From an uncultured Nitrososphaerota archaeon (GTDB lineage Archaea > Thermoproteota > EX4484-205 > JAAOZO01), in NCBI GenBank assembly GCA_964408285.1, contig CAYOYV010000002.1, positions 44,833-108,832 of the forward strand: DNA of 64,000 nt. The letters run 5' to 3'. A program made the position numbers and the translations under genes. Under the pieces are notes generated by a model. The model was not told the origin of the DNA and ran no database searches. It saw only the letters and a list, made by a program, of their open reading frames with translations. Position 1 is the first letter of the stretch; the number at the start of each line of letters is the position of its first letter. Below are positions 30,101 through 38,558 of this stretch, one piece after another.

Positions 30101-32595
30101 ACGCGATCTGACTCAATCACGGGGCCCCATAGCTCCAATCTACTTGTGCTCGGCATGCAAGTATAGGCCGAGCCGTTACGGACTTCCAAGAACCTGTAGG
30201 AATCACCCAGGACTAGCAGGAACAGAGAACGCGAAGGCATTTCGGCCCCAGTCAAAGAAACCTGCAAAGCAGCTGCCGCCCTGACGGAGAAGTCAAAGTG
30301 ATTTACATCCTGAATGGAACCGTTGTTTGACTCGATGTACGTTTCGAATCTCAGACGATGACTCGAGTCCAAAAACGCTGGCATACGCAATGGAAAATGC
30401 CCAGCAAGAAAGGGCACCGAGTCGCTGCTTGGGATTGTTACGTTGAAAATGCCTGAATCCATGATTGAAGAGGTTGTCAGATCCAAGAGCCTCCAACTAA
30501 GCCTAGCGTTCTTCGCAGCATTCGGATCGTCATTGACTATCCAAACGTTGAGTCTGACAAGGGTTTCGAGGTCGCAGCTTAGCTCGGTACGCTTTGTGAT
30601 GAAATCCCCTGCCCATTCTATGATCGCATGAGTCGGCCTAAACGCCTCGGAGACAATAAGACTGGAGGACTTCTGCGTCCCATAGTAGTCCAATAGAGAG
30701 CCGGATACGGAGGGAAGGTAGTCCCTGAATAATCCTACAGTGATCCCTTCGGTATAGTTCCCCTTCAACAACCTTGCCCTTTCAATTGCCGTCTTCAATA
30801 TGGTGGCCTGATATCCCTGGCTCTCGTTCACGTAGTCAGAAAGGCTCTTGTATTCCTCAGGATTACCAAGATAGGAATACCATAGATTTGCTGAATAGCC
30901 ATAGCCCTCCAACGAACGAATTAATCCGGAGGAGATCTGGTTTCCTTGGAACATAGACCAGAAGATAGACTGAGCTGAAGGAAGGGATTGAGATCCCAAT
31001 ACGACCGGGAATGCCGACAAGTAGGATCTATAATTCTCCCAAGTCCGAGAACCCCATCCGAAATTCAGGAATTCATTCTCACTGCCAGAACCTTCTATGG
31101 TATGTCTATCGTGGTCCAACTCGCCCAACAACTCGGACAGAGACGCATCTGCCATCCTGTTGGCTCCTAATCTGAATAGATCTCCTGCACTTTCATCTGT
31201 CCAAGGGGGGAGTGTGTGAATACACCAGAGGACAACGCTCGGGCTGTTGTAGAGCATAAGTACCAACCTGATCAGTTGTCTCTGTGCCTCCCTCAAGGCC
31301 TCTTTGTCTGTGTCCAAAGACTTGGCATATCCGATCAAAGGCAGATCGCCCTGGACCATGAAGCCGTGGGCGTCAGCGTATTCATAGAAAGCAAGGGGTT
31401 CAACATGTGCGATTGGTCTAAGGAAATTCACATTCATCTTGCGAAGTAGCTCATAGTCCGCGGCCAGATTGGCTGTTGAAGATGTGAAATTGTATGGATC
31501 CGATACATACGTTGTCCCCCTTAGGAAAATTCGTCTTCCGTTAATCGAGAACCTGGATCCAGTGTTACCAAAAGCTGCCACGAAATCTCTGAAGCCAAAT
31601 GCTCCGCTTATAGAGCCCTGACTTTTCGAGCCAACGAGCAGCTCGACCTTGAACTGATAGAGGTTCGGAGAGCCAAGATCCCAAGTTGACCAAGGAAGTG
31701 GATTTCCCGCTGCCAGATTCGCTTCCACCCACTTTGCCTCACCTGGATCAAGATCTGCCTTAATCCAGGACATCAAGGGTGATTCCTTCGAGCCGTCTAG
31801 ACTCACCGACAAGGAGATGTCTGTTGAAGCCTTTGCTGTACCGGTGTTCTTTACGAACAAACGGAAGTTTGCACTTGCGCTGCCCCCTAGGGTCCCAGCA
31901 ACAAGCGCGAGTTGAACGACAGTGCTGCCCGTTGTTGCCAGTTCGACATCATTCCACAGACCGATAGGCATTGCCGGATCTGTGCCAATTGGACCAATGC
32001 TTTGCCCAATGGGTCCGCTTGTTCCGTAGAGGCCAGTTAGGAGCCCGATCGACTCCTTATCTACAAGTGAATCAACGAACACCGTCAGCAGATTGTCAGA
32101 ACCATGAACAAGGACATTAGTCACATCGAAAAAGAAGGGAGAAAAATATCCTGTGTGAGAACCTAGGTACCTACCATTGAGCCAAACATCTGCCTTTGCC
32201 CAAACGCCCTTGAAGACGATAATGTATCTCTCCCCCTTCAATTCAGTAGGCGGCGTGAAGGTCCTCCTAAGCCAGAGCGTGGAATTATGTCTCGTAGACT
32301 TGAATTCAAAGGGGACGACAACCTTGTTCCAAGAGCCATCATCATAGGATTCTTCGTAATATAATTCATAGTTGCCCCGCTCGAATGTGTCGTAGACATA
32401 TTTCCATTCTCCGCTAAGTGAGATCTTAGTAATCGCGAAATAGTTGGGTTGTATGAAGGTTTGGAGCACCTCTTCCGTTATCCCCTTCTCAGCCGGAACT
32501 ATGATGTATTGTAGAATTGGAAGGAAGGCGATCCAAATCGTGAACAATGCGATTAGGACCGAAGACAACAAGCGCAGCCTCGTCCTATTCACCAA
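27148..32595 (-). CDS. 1815-aa fusion: N-terminal TM, GH2 (beta-mannosidase-like) module with degenerate active site, MacB/FtsX-type permease, C-terminal CARF-like domain
   Basis: GH2: SLSGEWKY, VWLNGRYLGSHTGYFSPF, WSTWDLGSPNLY, FGFR, INGRRIFLRG. FtsX: KRKTRTLLSLIS, SVQERRSEIFAFSAVGLNP, EGAMLGIIGG. Tail: VAAPFGSSIEPLL...PQLLIVYS...VTIDSDDGAISSAMTLAS. Confidence 0.85.
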   Translation of the reverse strand: MVNRTRLRLLSSVLIALFTIWIAFLPILQYIIVPAEKGITEEVLQTFIQPNYFAITKISLSGEWKYVYDTFERGNYELYYEESYDDGSWNKVVVPFEFKSTRHNSTLWLRRTFTPPTELKGERYIIVFKGVWAKADVWLNGRYLGSHTGYFSPFFFDVTNVLVHGSDNLLTVFVDSLVDKESIGLLTGLYGTSGPIGQSIGPIGTDPAMPIGLWNDVELATTGSTVVQLALVAGTLGGSASANFRLFVKNTGTAKASTDISLSVSLDGSKESPLMSWIKADLDPGEAKWVEANLAAGNPLPWSTWDLGSPNLYQFKVELLVGSKSQGSISGAFGFRDFVAAFGNTGSRFSINGRRIFLRGTTYVSDPYNFTSSTANLAADYELLRKMNVNFLRPIAHVEPLAFYEYADAHGFMVQGDLPLIGYAKSLDTDKEALREAQRQLIRLVLMLYNSPSVVLWCIHTLPPWTDESAGDLFRLGANRMADASLSELLGELDHDRHTIEGSGSENEFLNFGWGSRTWENYRSYLSAFPVVLGSQSLPSAQSIFWSMFQGNQISSGLIRSLEGYGYSANLWYSYLGNPEEYKSLSDYVNESQGYQATILKTAIERARLLKGNYTEGITVGLFRDYLPSVSGSLLDYYGTQKSSSLIVSEAFRPTHAIIEWAGDFITKRTELSCDLETLVRLNVWIVNDDPNAAKNARLSWRLLDLTTSSIMDSGIFNVTIPSSDSVPFLAGHFPLRMPAFLDSSHRLRFETYIESNNGSIQDVNHFDFSVRAAAALQVSLTGAEMPSRSLFLLVLGDSYRFLEVRNGSAYTCMPSTSRLELWGPVIESDRVYVPVIASLGNANPGDRKSANLTLIPGSIVKIANFVTEISQDRIPDIELSFKAIGVLFEKVYALPKGTSLVTNYTSTNAVYLRLLNIDPSSIVIPSDIPLAITLKARIGNEIIYGSLGNASMPLIAEESETVNSTSLASMLVARNQMLVDRMVEQAKKAVEKQSLQGFYLGLESQRLEEIDRALILFNSTVNPAVGAEAQKRAYLVSMNILGAMNTIYKGATTSQVAIFALVILVCVALAGSLFEKISDEVVFLVISFAVVMTIVYQTYPGFAQFSFGEAIIGSYFLFVALILFFLLPRLMSNYRSEGGVSLVPAIMLAISYSSGNMKKRKTRTLLSLISLTTFVLGLSTFSAMRTTIGASQFVMNSRWPLESPSLILVSKPTGFFTRIDLDFVSSQSGLIGAYAKAESPPSQSGIGEIGSVTIMAVRGIAKGDPNIDVIKASTNPRNATDRLFLEGNSVLISDYVARSQGLEVGMSLVFKNVKLLIVGVFDGSRLRSLKDPDGAEWLPIQIVAGPAALNTTVDPEFLLLASDTTSMKLGARVSKLYCEVRSEDILSAGERLSLLANFYALALPSGGNPVFFFRGSVNELTGVSAIIPLVIIVLNILVVLLSSVQERRSEIFAFSAVGLNPTHIFLLHVAEGAMLGIIGGGIGYLLSFAAFRLFSLGGVSIPVDVKTSTGDMLSIVGISVLVSVIGAAIPAFTASRIATPSLRIKWKLEEHAKIGNEWILQIPARVPQEKVNILVDYLAERLPASGKQLEILIGEVSKKSTVDEYGRPLHSVRFKYSRSGNKGFTSNNTIEVKSGEGTGFQVSLRVNPDSAYPKMAETQVHEVASHIRRLVFEWTASKARVAAPFGSSIEPLLSLVRVYHPQLLIVYSRGETTQKMNELKRKLWREGIWPPAIEVRKISVENPQGTVSRLVEELRDVDTVTIDSDDGAISSAMTLASIILKKNVAIISGSKYTEVQAEKLLLTYEQPAEGVETR

Positions 32596-32619
32596 ACTGG
32601 CCTTGTACTTTTTTGCAAC

Positions 32620-32627
32620 TTTATAAA
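32620..32627. promoter_or_regulatory. Palindromic TATA box TTTATAAA, probably shared by two divergent genes
   Basis: Perfect palindrome in a 58-bp spacer, 24 nt from the minus-strand start (32595) and 26 nt from the plus-strand start (32654). Confidence 0.65.
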
Positions 32628-32653
32628 CGCTTCAATGTTGTCTGGAAATTGGA

Positions 32654-35062
32654 TTGGATAGCTCGCAGAGGATTTCTTTGGCGTCTCAGGTCTTCAGTGC
32701 TTTGAAGGCAAGGATCATCTTGATCTTGATGATCGCAATTTTGGTCTTTGCCCTTGCGTCCATAAAAACACTGTTCAGGGAAGGCATGATCCTTGGTCGG
32801 GACCATCCATTCCACATGCTTAATTGCTACTTCACAACGCTCTATATGTTACCGTCATTCAACATTCTTGGTTGGGATCCATACAACAACTATGGCTTGG
32901 TCTTCAATCAATACTACGATGCCGGGACGAACATCCTCATATCTCTGATCTACTACGCCTCCCTGGAACAGCTGAATATATTCGATTCCTACAAGGTTGC
33001 CTTCGCACTTGCCTATGTTCTCATGGCACCGGTTACCTACCTCTTCATTTATTCGATTTCGAAGGATAAAATGGCCGGGTTGGTGGGAGCACTGCTTTCC
33101 ATAATCGTGTTCCCAGCCGAGTCTTCCTTGTTCGATGCCGGTTTAAGACAAATGTACGAGACAGGAATGTGGCCTGAGAGATTCGGCAACGTACTCTGCT
33201 TTTTCGGTCTTGCTCTACTGATTCTGTCCTTTGAGGAGAAAAGCCTCTCGAAGAGGCTGCTGACAACGGCATGGACTTCTGTGATTTTCGCCTGGACCGT
33301 CTTGACTCACGTTGTCGCAGGCCTATCTTTGGCTTCACTGGCAGCAGTCGGATGGCTCCTGCCAAGTCTCCATGACATCAAGTCCGCCATTACCGAAAGC
33401 AAAGACGGAATTCCTGGAATGGTCACGACAATTCTGCATCAGAACCGGAGGAAAACGTTCTCCTATCTCTCGGTTTGGGCCCTTTCCATCGGCCTGTGTG
33501 CTTTCTGGACTATTCCCCTCCTGGAGACTTTAGAGAAGTTTTACAGCTTCCCCGCTATCTCCTCATCGGGGGGGACAGACATGCTTGTCCAGGTATTCCA
33601 GAGCCTCCCATGGTATGTGTTGGGTTTCTATGTCATAGGGGCCGCAACACCTTTTCTCGACAGGAGACAGATAAGGAATCCTCTTGCGATTGTGTCCCTT
33701 GCATCAGTCCTACTTCTTCAGATCCTGTCGTTGGTCAACCCAAACGACAAGTTCGTTGGGACAAGGTTGGTCTTCTCCGCATTGTTCTCCCTCATCTACT
33801 ACCTGACAACTGATGATTACGCTGTTGGTTTTTCCCTCACCGGGACCTCACTTCTCCTTCTTCTTTCCACGGGTCCAAGCACGCATGTGATCGATTTGCT
33901 CATCTTCAGACTGGACCTTTCGAACGCATTCTCCGTCGTTGCCTCTTTCGGGTATTCCAAGTTCGCCTCGGTGGCGCGGCTTGTGATTGTCATACTGTCT
34001 TCGATCGGATTCTCAAGATTGGCCAGCTTCCTTTATGCTCATGCTAGAACCGCTGGCTCCAAGAGGGAATTCGTCCCTGTCGTCTATTCAATCGTGCTTG
34101 GATTCATGATCTTCCTATTCCTCAACTTCCAGATCAGCACTCAGATGGAGAATACTGATCTGAACTATCCCTGGTCCCAGCAGATCAACCTGAAGCTCTC
34201 ATCCGATTTTCGACTTGTGAGTCAAGCCGATTCGCTGATCTCATGGATCAAGCAGAACGGGGATAGCAATTCCTACATCTTGATGCAGGACATCCTTGAT
34301 ATCGGAGACTGGATGGGTTTCCCGAAATCCCATTATCTGTACCTTACACCGGTTTTCACTGGAAAACCCATCGTGGGAGGAGTAGAGGGCAGCAACTATA
34401 TCACCAATCCGATCTCCACTACCGACGGGGGCCAAATTCTGTCAATGCCAATCTCCAGGATAGTTGGGGAACTGGGCACATTCGACAGGCTGCTGGGAGA
34501 ATTGGGAATAGGCCATGTTGTGGTCTTCGATATTAGATTGATCAAAGCCATGAATGCCAGCAGCCTGTTCCGCCTCTCGTACTATGACGGGTTATTTGCC
34601 GTCTTCAGAAGAGCAGAGCCCGCGTACATAGCCAGCGTTCAGAACGCCGGGGAAATCCTTGAAGCGACCTACGAGATAAATGCGATGTCCTTCAAGGTCT
34701 CTGGGGCTGAAGGCAACTCGTCACTTCGTATAAGAGCTGTCGATTATCCGGGATGGTCTGCCAAGGTGAACGGAGAAAGCACAGAGATTCATCAGTATCG
34801 CCCTAAGATACAATCAGTGATGAATTGGAAGGGGGTCGTCGTTCCGGACTATGAAGTCCCATTCATTGAAATCTCATTGCCCGCCGGTCAATCACGAGTA
34901 GTTCTTGATTACCATAGGTCAACGGCCGGGGACTCGATCACAGGTGTCTCGCTTGTGCTGTTTGCCGCCTTCAACCTGCTTGGATCAGCCGTAATCGTGA
35001 AAGATCTCTATGCTAAGAGTGGTTCATCTGTCAAACATGCTGCGTTGAAGGGATTTCAGTGA
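32654..35062 (+). CDS. GT-C-type multi-pass membrane glycosyltransferase (PTPS-related/YfhO-like)
   Basis: GRDHPFH after the first TM; GWDPYNNYG...FNQYY; many TMs; C-terminal DYPGWSAKVNG (YfhO-like) and a final TM. Confidence 0.75.
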   Translation: MDSSQRISLASQVFSALKARIILILMIAILVFALASIKTLFREGMILGRDHPFHMLNCYFTTLYMLPSFNILGWDPYNNYGLVFNQYYDAGTNILISLIYYASLEQLNIFDSYKVAFALAYVLMAPVTYLFIYSISKDKMAGLVGALLSIIVFPAESSLFDAGLRQMYETGMWPERFGNVLCFFGLALLILSFEEKSLSKRLLTTAWTSVIFAWTVLTHVVAGLSLASLAAVGWLLPSLHDIKSAITESKDGIPGMVTTILHQNRRKTFSYLSVWALSIGLCAFWTIPLLETLEKFYSFPAISSSGGTDMLVQVFQSLPWYVLGFYVIGAATPFLDRRQIRNPLAIVSLASVLLLQILSLVNPNDKFVGTRLVFSALFSLIYYLTTDDYAVGFSLTGTSLLLLLSTGPSTHVIDLLIFRLDLSNAFSVVASFGYSKFASVARLVIVILSSIGFSRLASFLYAHARTAGSKREFVPVVYSIVLGFMIFLFLNFQISTQMENTDLNYPWSQQINLKLSSDFRLVSQADSLISWIKQNGDSNSYILMQDILDIGDWMGFPKSHYLYLTPVFTGKPIVGGVEGSNYITNPISTTDGGQILSMPISRIVGELGTFDRLLGELGIGHVVVFDIRLIKAMNASSLFRLSYYDGLFAVFRRAEPAYIASVQNAGEILEATYEINAMSFKVSGAEGNSSLRIRAVDYPGWSAKVNGESTEIHQYRPKIQSVMNWKGVVVPDYEVPFIEISLPAGQSRVVLDYHRSTAGDSITGVSLVLFAAFNLLGSAVIVKDLYAKSGSSVKHAALKGFQ

Positions 35063-35453
35063 AGGGAACCAACTGTCAATAATCGCATATGGAAATCGCC
35101 ACCTGTTCAGAGCACGACTCCGAGCAGCACAATCAGAGCTCACAGAAGATGAGCTCGCGTTAAATGTGATTCCAACTAATACCAAGCTAAGTGAAAGACA
35201 AATGGAGATATGAGGCAGAATAGGCAAATGGGGAAGATCCAGAATCAGCAAAGAAATCGATTGGAAGGAAATGGCCAAAGACCTTAGGGCTGACCTCGGT
35301 AGATCAGCATTCGCCTCCAGAACCACATATTACTTCAGCTGAAGAAGGGAGGTGGCGCACTAGGTTGAGAGGCTTTCTAAGACAACTATTCCTAACATAT
35401 CGTGAGCTTGCCTTAAATACGGTTGTGAGAAGGAACTAAACAAGGTGAGAAAC

Positions 35454-36680
35454 ATGGCAGAGAAGATCGTCGTCGAACCTGGAAGAACTGCGGATTTGGA
35501 CACCTTCGATGGAGATTTGGTGGCAGGTGGAAATTCGGTCATCAAATCCAAGTCAGGAGGCCCAATCGTGGTGACGGGCACGGCTAAATTCAAGGGAGAT
35601 TGCAACATTCATTCCAATTTCCAAGCCAAGAACGTAAGGGGAGAAGACGGGAGAATCCATGTGCTTGGTGATCTTACGGTCGATGAATCAATTGATGTCC
35701 GAGAGGGGGAAGTCTTGGTTGATGGCCAAGCAAAAGCCAAGGAAATAGATGTCGAGAGGAGGCTGACGGTCAAAGGAGACCTGCATTCAGAGAGGGTGGA
35801 CGTCGGGGGAAGTCTAGAGGTCGGGCGAGACTCCAATGTTACAAGAGTCAATGTGGGAGGAACCATGTCAATGAATGGCAATCTGAAGGGATCACAGCTG
35901 GATGTAGGTGGGTCGGCTGATGTAAGAGGAACAGTTGAACTTGAGAAGCTCTCTGTAGGCGGAAGCGCGAAGGTGGGATCAGGAACAATAAACTACATAT
36001 CAGTGGGTGGATTCCTTGAGTCAACCGGGAAGCTCAGGTTTCGAGAAATTGATGTAGGAGGCGCAGTAAGATTGGCCTCTGGGGAAGGGGAAGGAATAAT
36101 CAATGTCGGCGGAAAGGTGGATGTTGATGGAGACATCGAATTCAAGGAAATCGACGTTGGAGGGATGGCAACGATCAGAGGCAATGCAAAGGGCAAGAAG
36201 GTAGAGGTAGGAGGGAAGCTCAGAGTGGACAAGAGCGCGAAGATAGATGATAGTCTCGAAGTCGGTGGATCAGTCGACGTCCATGATGACCTCAGCGGAG
36301 GCGACATTGAAGTGGGAGGCTCTCTTCGAAGCAACATATGCATAGCACGCAAGGTGAGAGTTGGCGGAAGGGTCGAGACGGAAAAAGGAACCAAGGCGGA
36401 TGTCTTCGAGATAGGAAAGCGTGGGAATGTGAGAGGCCCTATCGTCGCAACCCGCGTAAGGATTGCAGATGGAGCCCAGGTCGAGGACATCTATGCAGAC
36501 GAAGTGGAAATTCGCAGGAATTCCTCCGCTCGAAATGTGTTCGCAAGAGCAGCAAGGATTGAAGGTGGATGTGAAATCTCGGGGGAGGTGTTGTACACGG
36601 ATAGGTTGGATTCCGACAGGGATGTTCAGTTCGGTTCAGAGCCCAAAAAAGTAGAAAAACTGCCGGGCCCCCCCGTTTAG
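35454..36680 (+). CDS. Long bactofilin-like (polymer-forming cytoskeletal) beta-helix protein
   Basis: 12 xxVGG repeats spaced about 16-18 aa apart; TATA-like cttaaata near 35412. Confidence 0.72.
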   Translation: MAEKIVVEPGRTADLDTFDGDLVAGGNSVIKSKSGGPIVVTGTAKFKGDCNIHSNFQAKNVRGEDGRIHVLGDLTVDESIDVREGEVLVDGQAKAKEIDVERRLTVKGDLHSERVDVGGSLEVGRDSNVTRVNVGGTMSMNGNLKGSQLDVGGSADVRGTVELEKLSVGGSAKVGSGTINYISVGGFLESTGKLRFREIDVGGAVRLASGEGEGIINVGGKVDVDGDIEFKEIDVGGMATIRGNAKGKKVEVGGKLRVDKSAKIDDSLEVGGSVDVHDDLSGGDIEVGGSLRSNICIARKVRVGGRVETEKGTKADVFEIGKRGNVRGPIVATRVRIADGAQVEDIYADEVEIRRNSSARNVFARAARIEGGCEISGEVLYTDRLDSDRDVQFGSEPKKVEKLPGPPV

Positions 36681-36700
36681 GGGGAACCCGGCGATCCTAG

Positions 36701-36961
36701 ATGAGCAAATCCAAGAGATCGAGAATAGAGATCTATGTGGATGTGCTGAGGACGCTACGCACCTATGACGGTGGTTGCAGGATAACCCGGTTGGCCTATG
36801 GATCAAACATGCCGTTGGACAGGATGAGGAAAACAGCCAGTGACTTGATGTCCCATGGCTTGATCGGCGTAAGCGTTGAGGATCCTGGGATTTATTTCAT
36901 CACCGCGAGGGGCATGGAGTTCTTGGAAGCTTACAAGAAGCTGTCGATGATCCTAGAATGA
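36701..36961 (+). CDS. Small winged-helix transcriptional regulator (archaeal HTH_45-like)
   Basis: KRSRIEIYVDVL...ITRLAYGSNM...YFITARGMEFL. Confidence 0.85.
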   Translation: MSKSKRSRIEIYVDVLRTLRTYDGGCRITRLAYGSNMPLDRMRKTASDLMSHGLIGVSVEDPGIYFITARGMEFLEAYKKLSMILE

Positions 36962-37137
36962 CCTGCGCACAGCCGAAAAGCAATTACTGAGGGAATCGAT
37001 GTTCCATCCGCCAGAGAATCCTTCGCACCCGGGGCTTATATAGGGTGCTTCAGCGAGCCAAAACCGGCTCAGAATCCTGAATATTCTTGTCTAACGAAAT
37101 AGAAGATTTTATAAAACATGCCCTCACGGGGGCGGTT

Positions 37138-38502
37138 ATGGCAGAAAAAACTACATCTGAAACCAGCTCAAAACCATCTTCATCGAGTTCGCTTCTCACA
37201 AGATTCGCTGCCATCGCAGTGATCGCGCTACTAGTAGGGGCGGCGGTCGGCTATCTTGTGGCATCCTCTCAACTCAGCCCTCAACTGAAGGGCCTACAGG
37301 ATCAGGTGAGTACGTTACAGACACAAGCGAACAACCTCACGAGCACGGTGAACGCACTCAAAGCCAAGTATGAGACTGTGAAGGAATACACCATAGGCGG
37401 TGCTTTAGGACTGAGCGGAGATCTTGCGCCGATTGGCCAGGTCCTCAAAGAGGTCGTGACATGGGCAGTGAAGGACTTGAACCAGCAGCTAGCGGATCAA
37501 GGAATCAAGATCAAATTCAATACGGTAATTGCCGATACGAAGACAAATCCGACCGAGGCCCTGAAAGCGGTGCAGACCCTGGCAGCGGCTGGAGTGCGAG
37601 TCATAGTTGGTCCATTAGCGAGTTCAGAAATCGCGGCTGTCAAGGCATACGCGGACGAGAACAAGATAGTCATAGTTTCTCCCTCCTCAACTGCGGCAAG
37701 CCTAGCGATTCCTGGAGACTTCATATTCAGAGACGTCTTCTCCGATGTCGCACAGGCTGCTGCCCTGGCAAGCTTGGCGAAATCCCTCAAACTGACGAAA
37801 GTCGTAGTATTCCACAGGGACGATCCGTATGGCATAGGCCTCGCGCAATTCTTCAAGAAGGATTTCGAGGCCCTTGGGGGGAAGGTGACAACCTTGAAGT
37901 ATGCGACCGGCTTGGCGGACTACGCAAGCGACGTAGCAGCCCTCAGTAGCACTGTCAAAAGCTTTGGAGCCGACGCCGTGTTATCGGTGACCTTTGACAC
38001 AGACGGCGTGAACATCCTCACCCACGCAAAAGACGATGCGACACTCAGGACGATAACACTGCTGACAAGCGAAGGAATTCACGGAACCCCTCAGCTTAAG
38101 GAACCAGCGATAGCGGCCTATCTTCAGCTAGTGAAGTATATCGGGACGAGACCTACTCCTGCGGCCAATCCCCTTGCTGATACTCTTCTTGAAGCATTCA
38201 AGCAAAGAATGAAGAAGGAGACCGGTAGGGACTTCACGGTCTTCTCCGAATATATCTATGACGCCGTCTTCCTAGTGGGTAGAGCAATAGTGGCAGCAGG
38301 AAAGTACGACGGAGCGGCAATCGCCCAATGGTTGCCCAAAGTTGGCGCGAACTACTTCGGCTTGACCGGCTGGTGCATATTCGATGAAAATGGAGATAGA
38401 CCCAGTCAGGGCTATGCAATATGGACCATTGCTCCCACAGATGGGGCATACGACTTCAAGGACATAGGGTCTTATGCGGCTGGCACTATAACCTGGGGAT
38501 AG
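37138..38502 (+). CDS. livK: Branched-chain amino acid ABC transporter substrate-binding protein (membrane-anchored, coiled-coil stalk)
   Basis: TM plus coiled coil; IVGPLASS, SPSSTA, DDPYG, YDAV and FDENGDR motifs; TATA ttttataaaa at 37107 supports ATG 37138. Confidence 0.88.
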   Translation: MAEKTTSETSSKPSSSSSLLTRFAAIAVIALLVGAAVGYLVASSQLSPQLKGLQDQVSTLQTQANNLTSTVNALKAKYETVKEYTIGGALGLSGDLAPIGQVLKEVVTWAVKDLNQQLADQGIKIKFNTVIADTKTNPTEALKAVQTLAAAGVRVIVGPLASSEIAAVKAYADENKIVIVSPSSTAASLAIPGDFIFRDVFSDVAQAAALASLAKSLKLTKVVVFHRDDPYGIGLAQFFKKDFEALGGKVTTLKYATGLADYASDVAALSSTVKSFGADAVLSVTFDTDGVNILTHAKDDATLRTITLLTSEGIHGTPQLKEPAIAAYLQLVKYIGTRPTPAANPLADTLLEAFKQRMKKETGRDFTVFSEYIYDAVFLVGRAIVAAGKYDGAAIAQWLPKVGANYFGLTGWCIFDENGDRPSQGYAIWTIAPTDGAYDFKDIGSYAAGTITWG

Positions 38503-38558
38503 AGTGCCTATCCCCTTTTTACAATTCTTTATCAAGCTAGCTAATTGGTGGGTGAGGG

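Noticed and set aside
35049-35342. Plus-strand frame with a single internal TGA (...ERQMEI*GRIGKWG...), considered as a selenoprotein or pseudogene
   Set aside because: No clear start, no recognisable family, no Cys/Sec redox context and no SECIS seen; BLASTX would be needed to call it a relic
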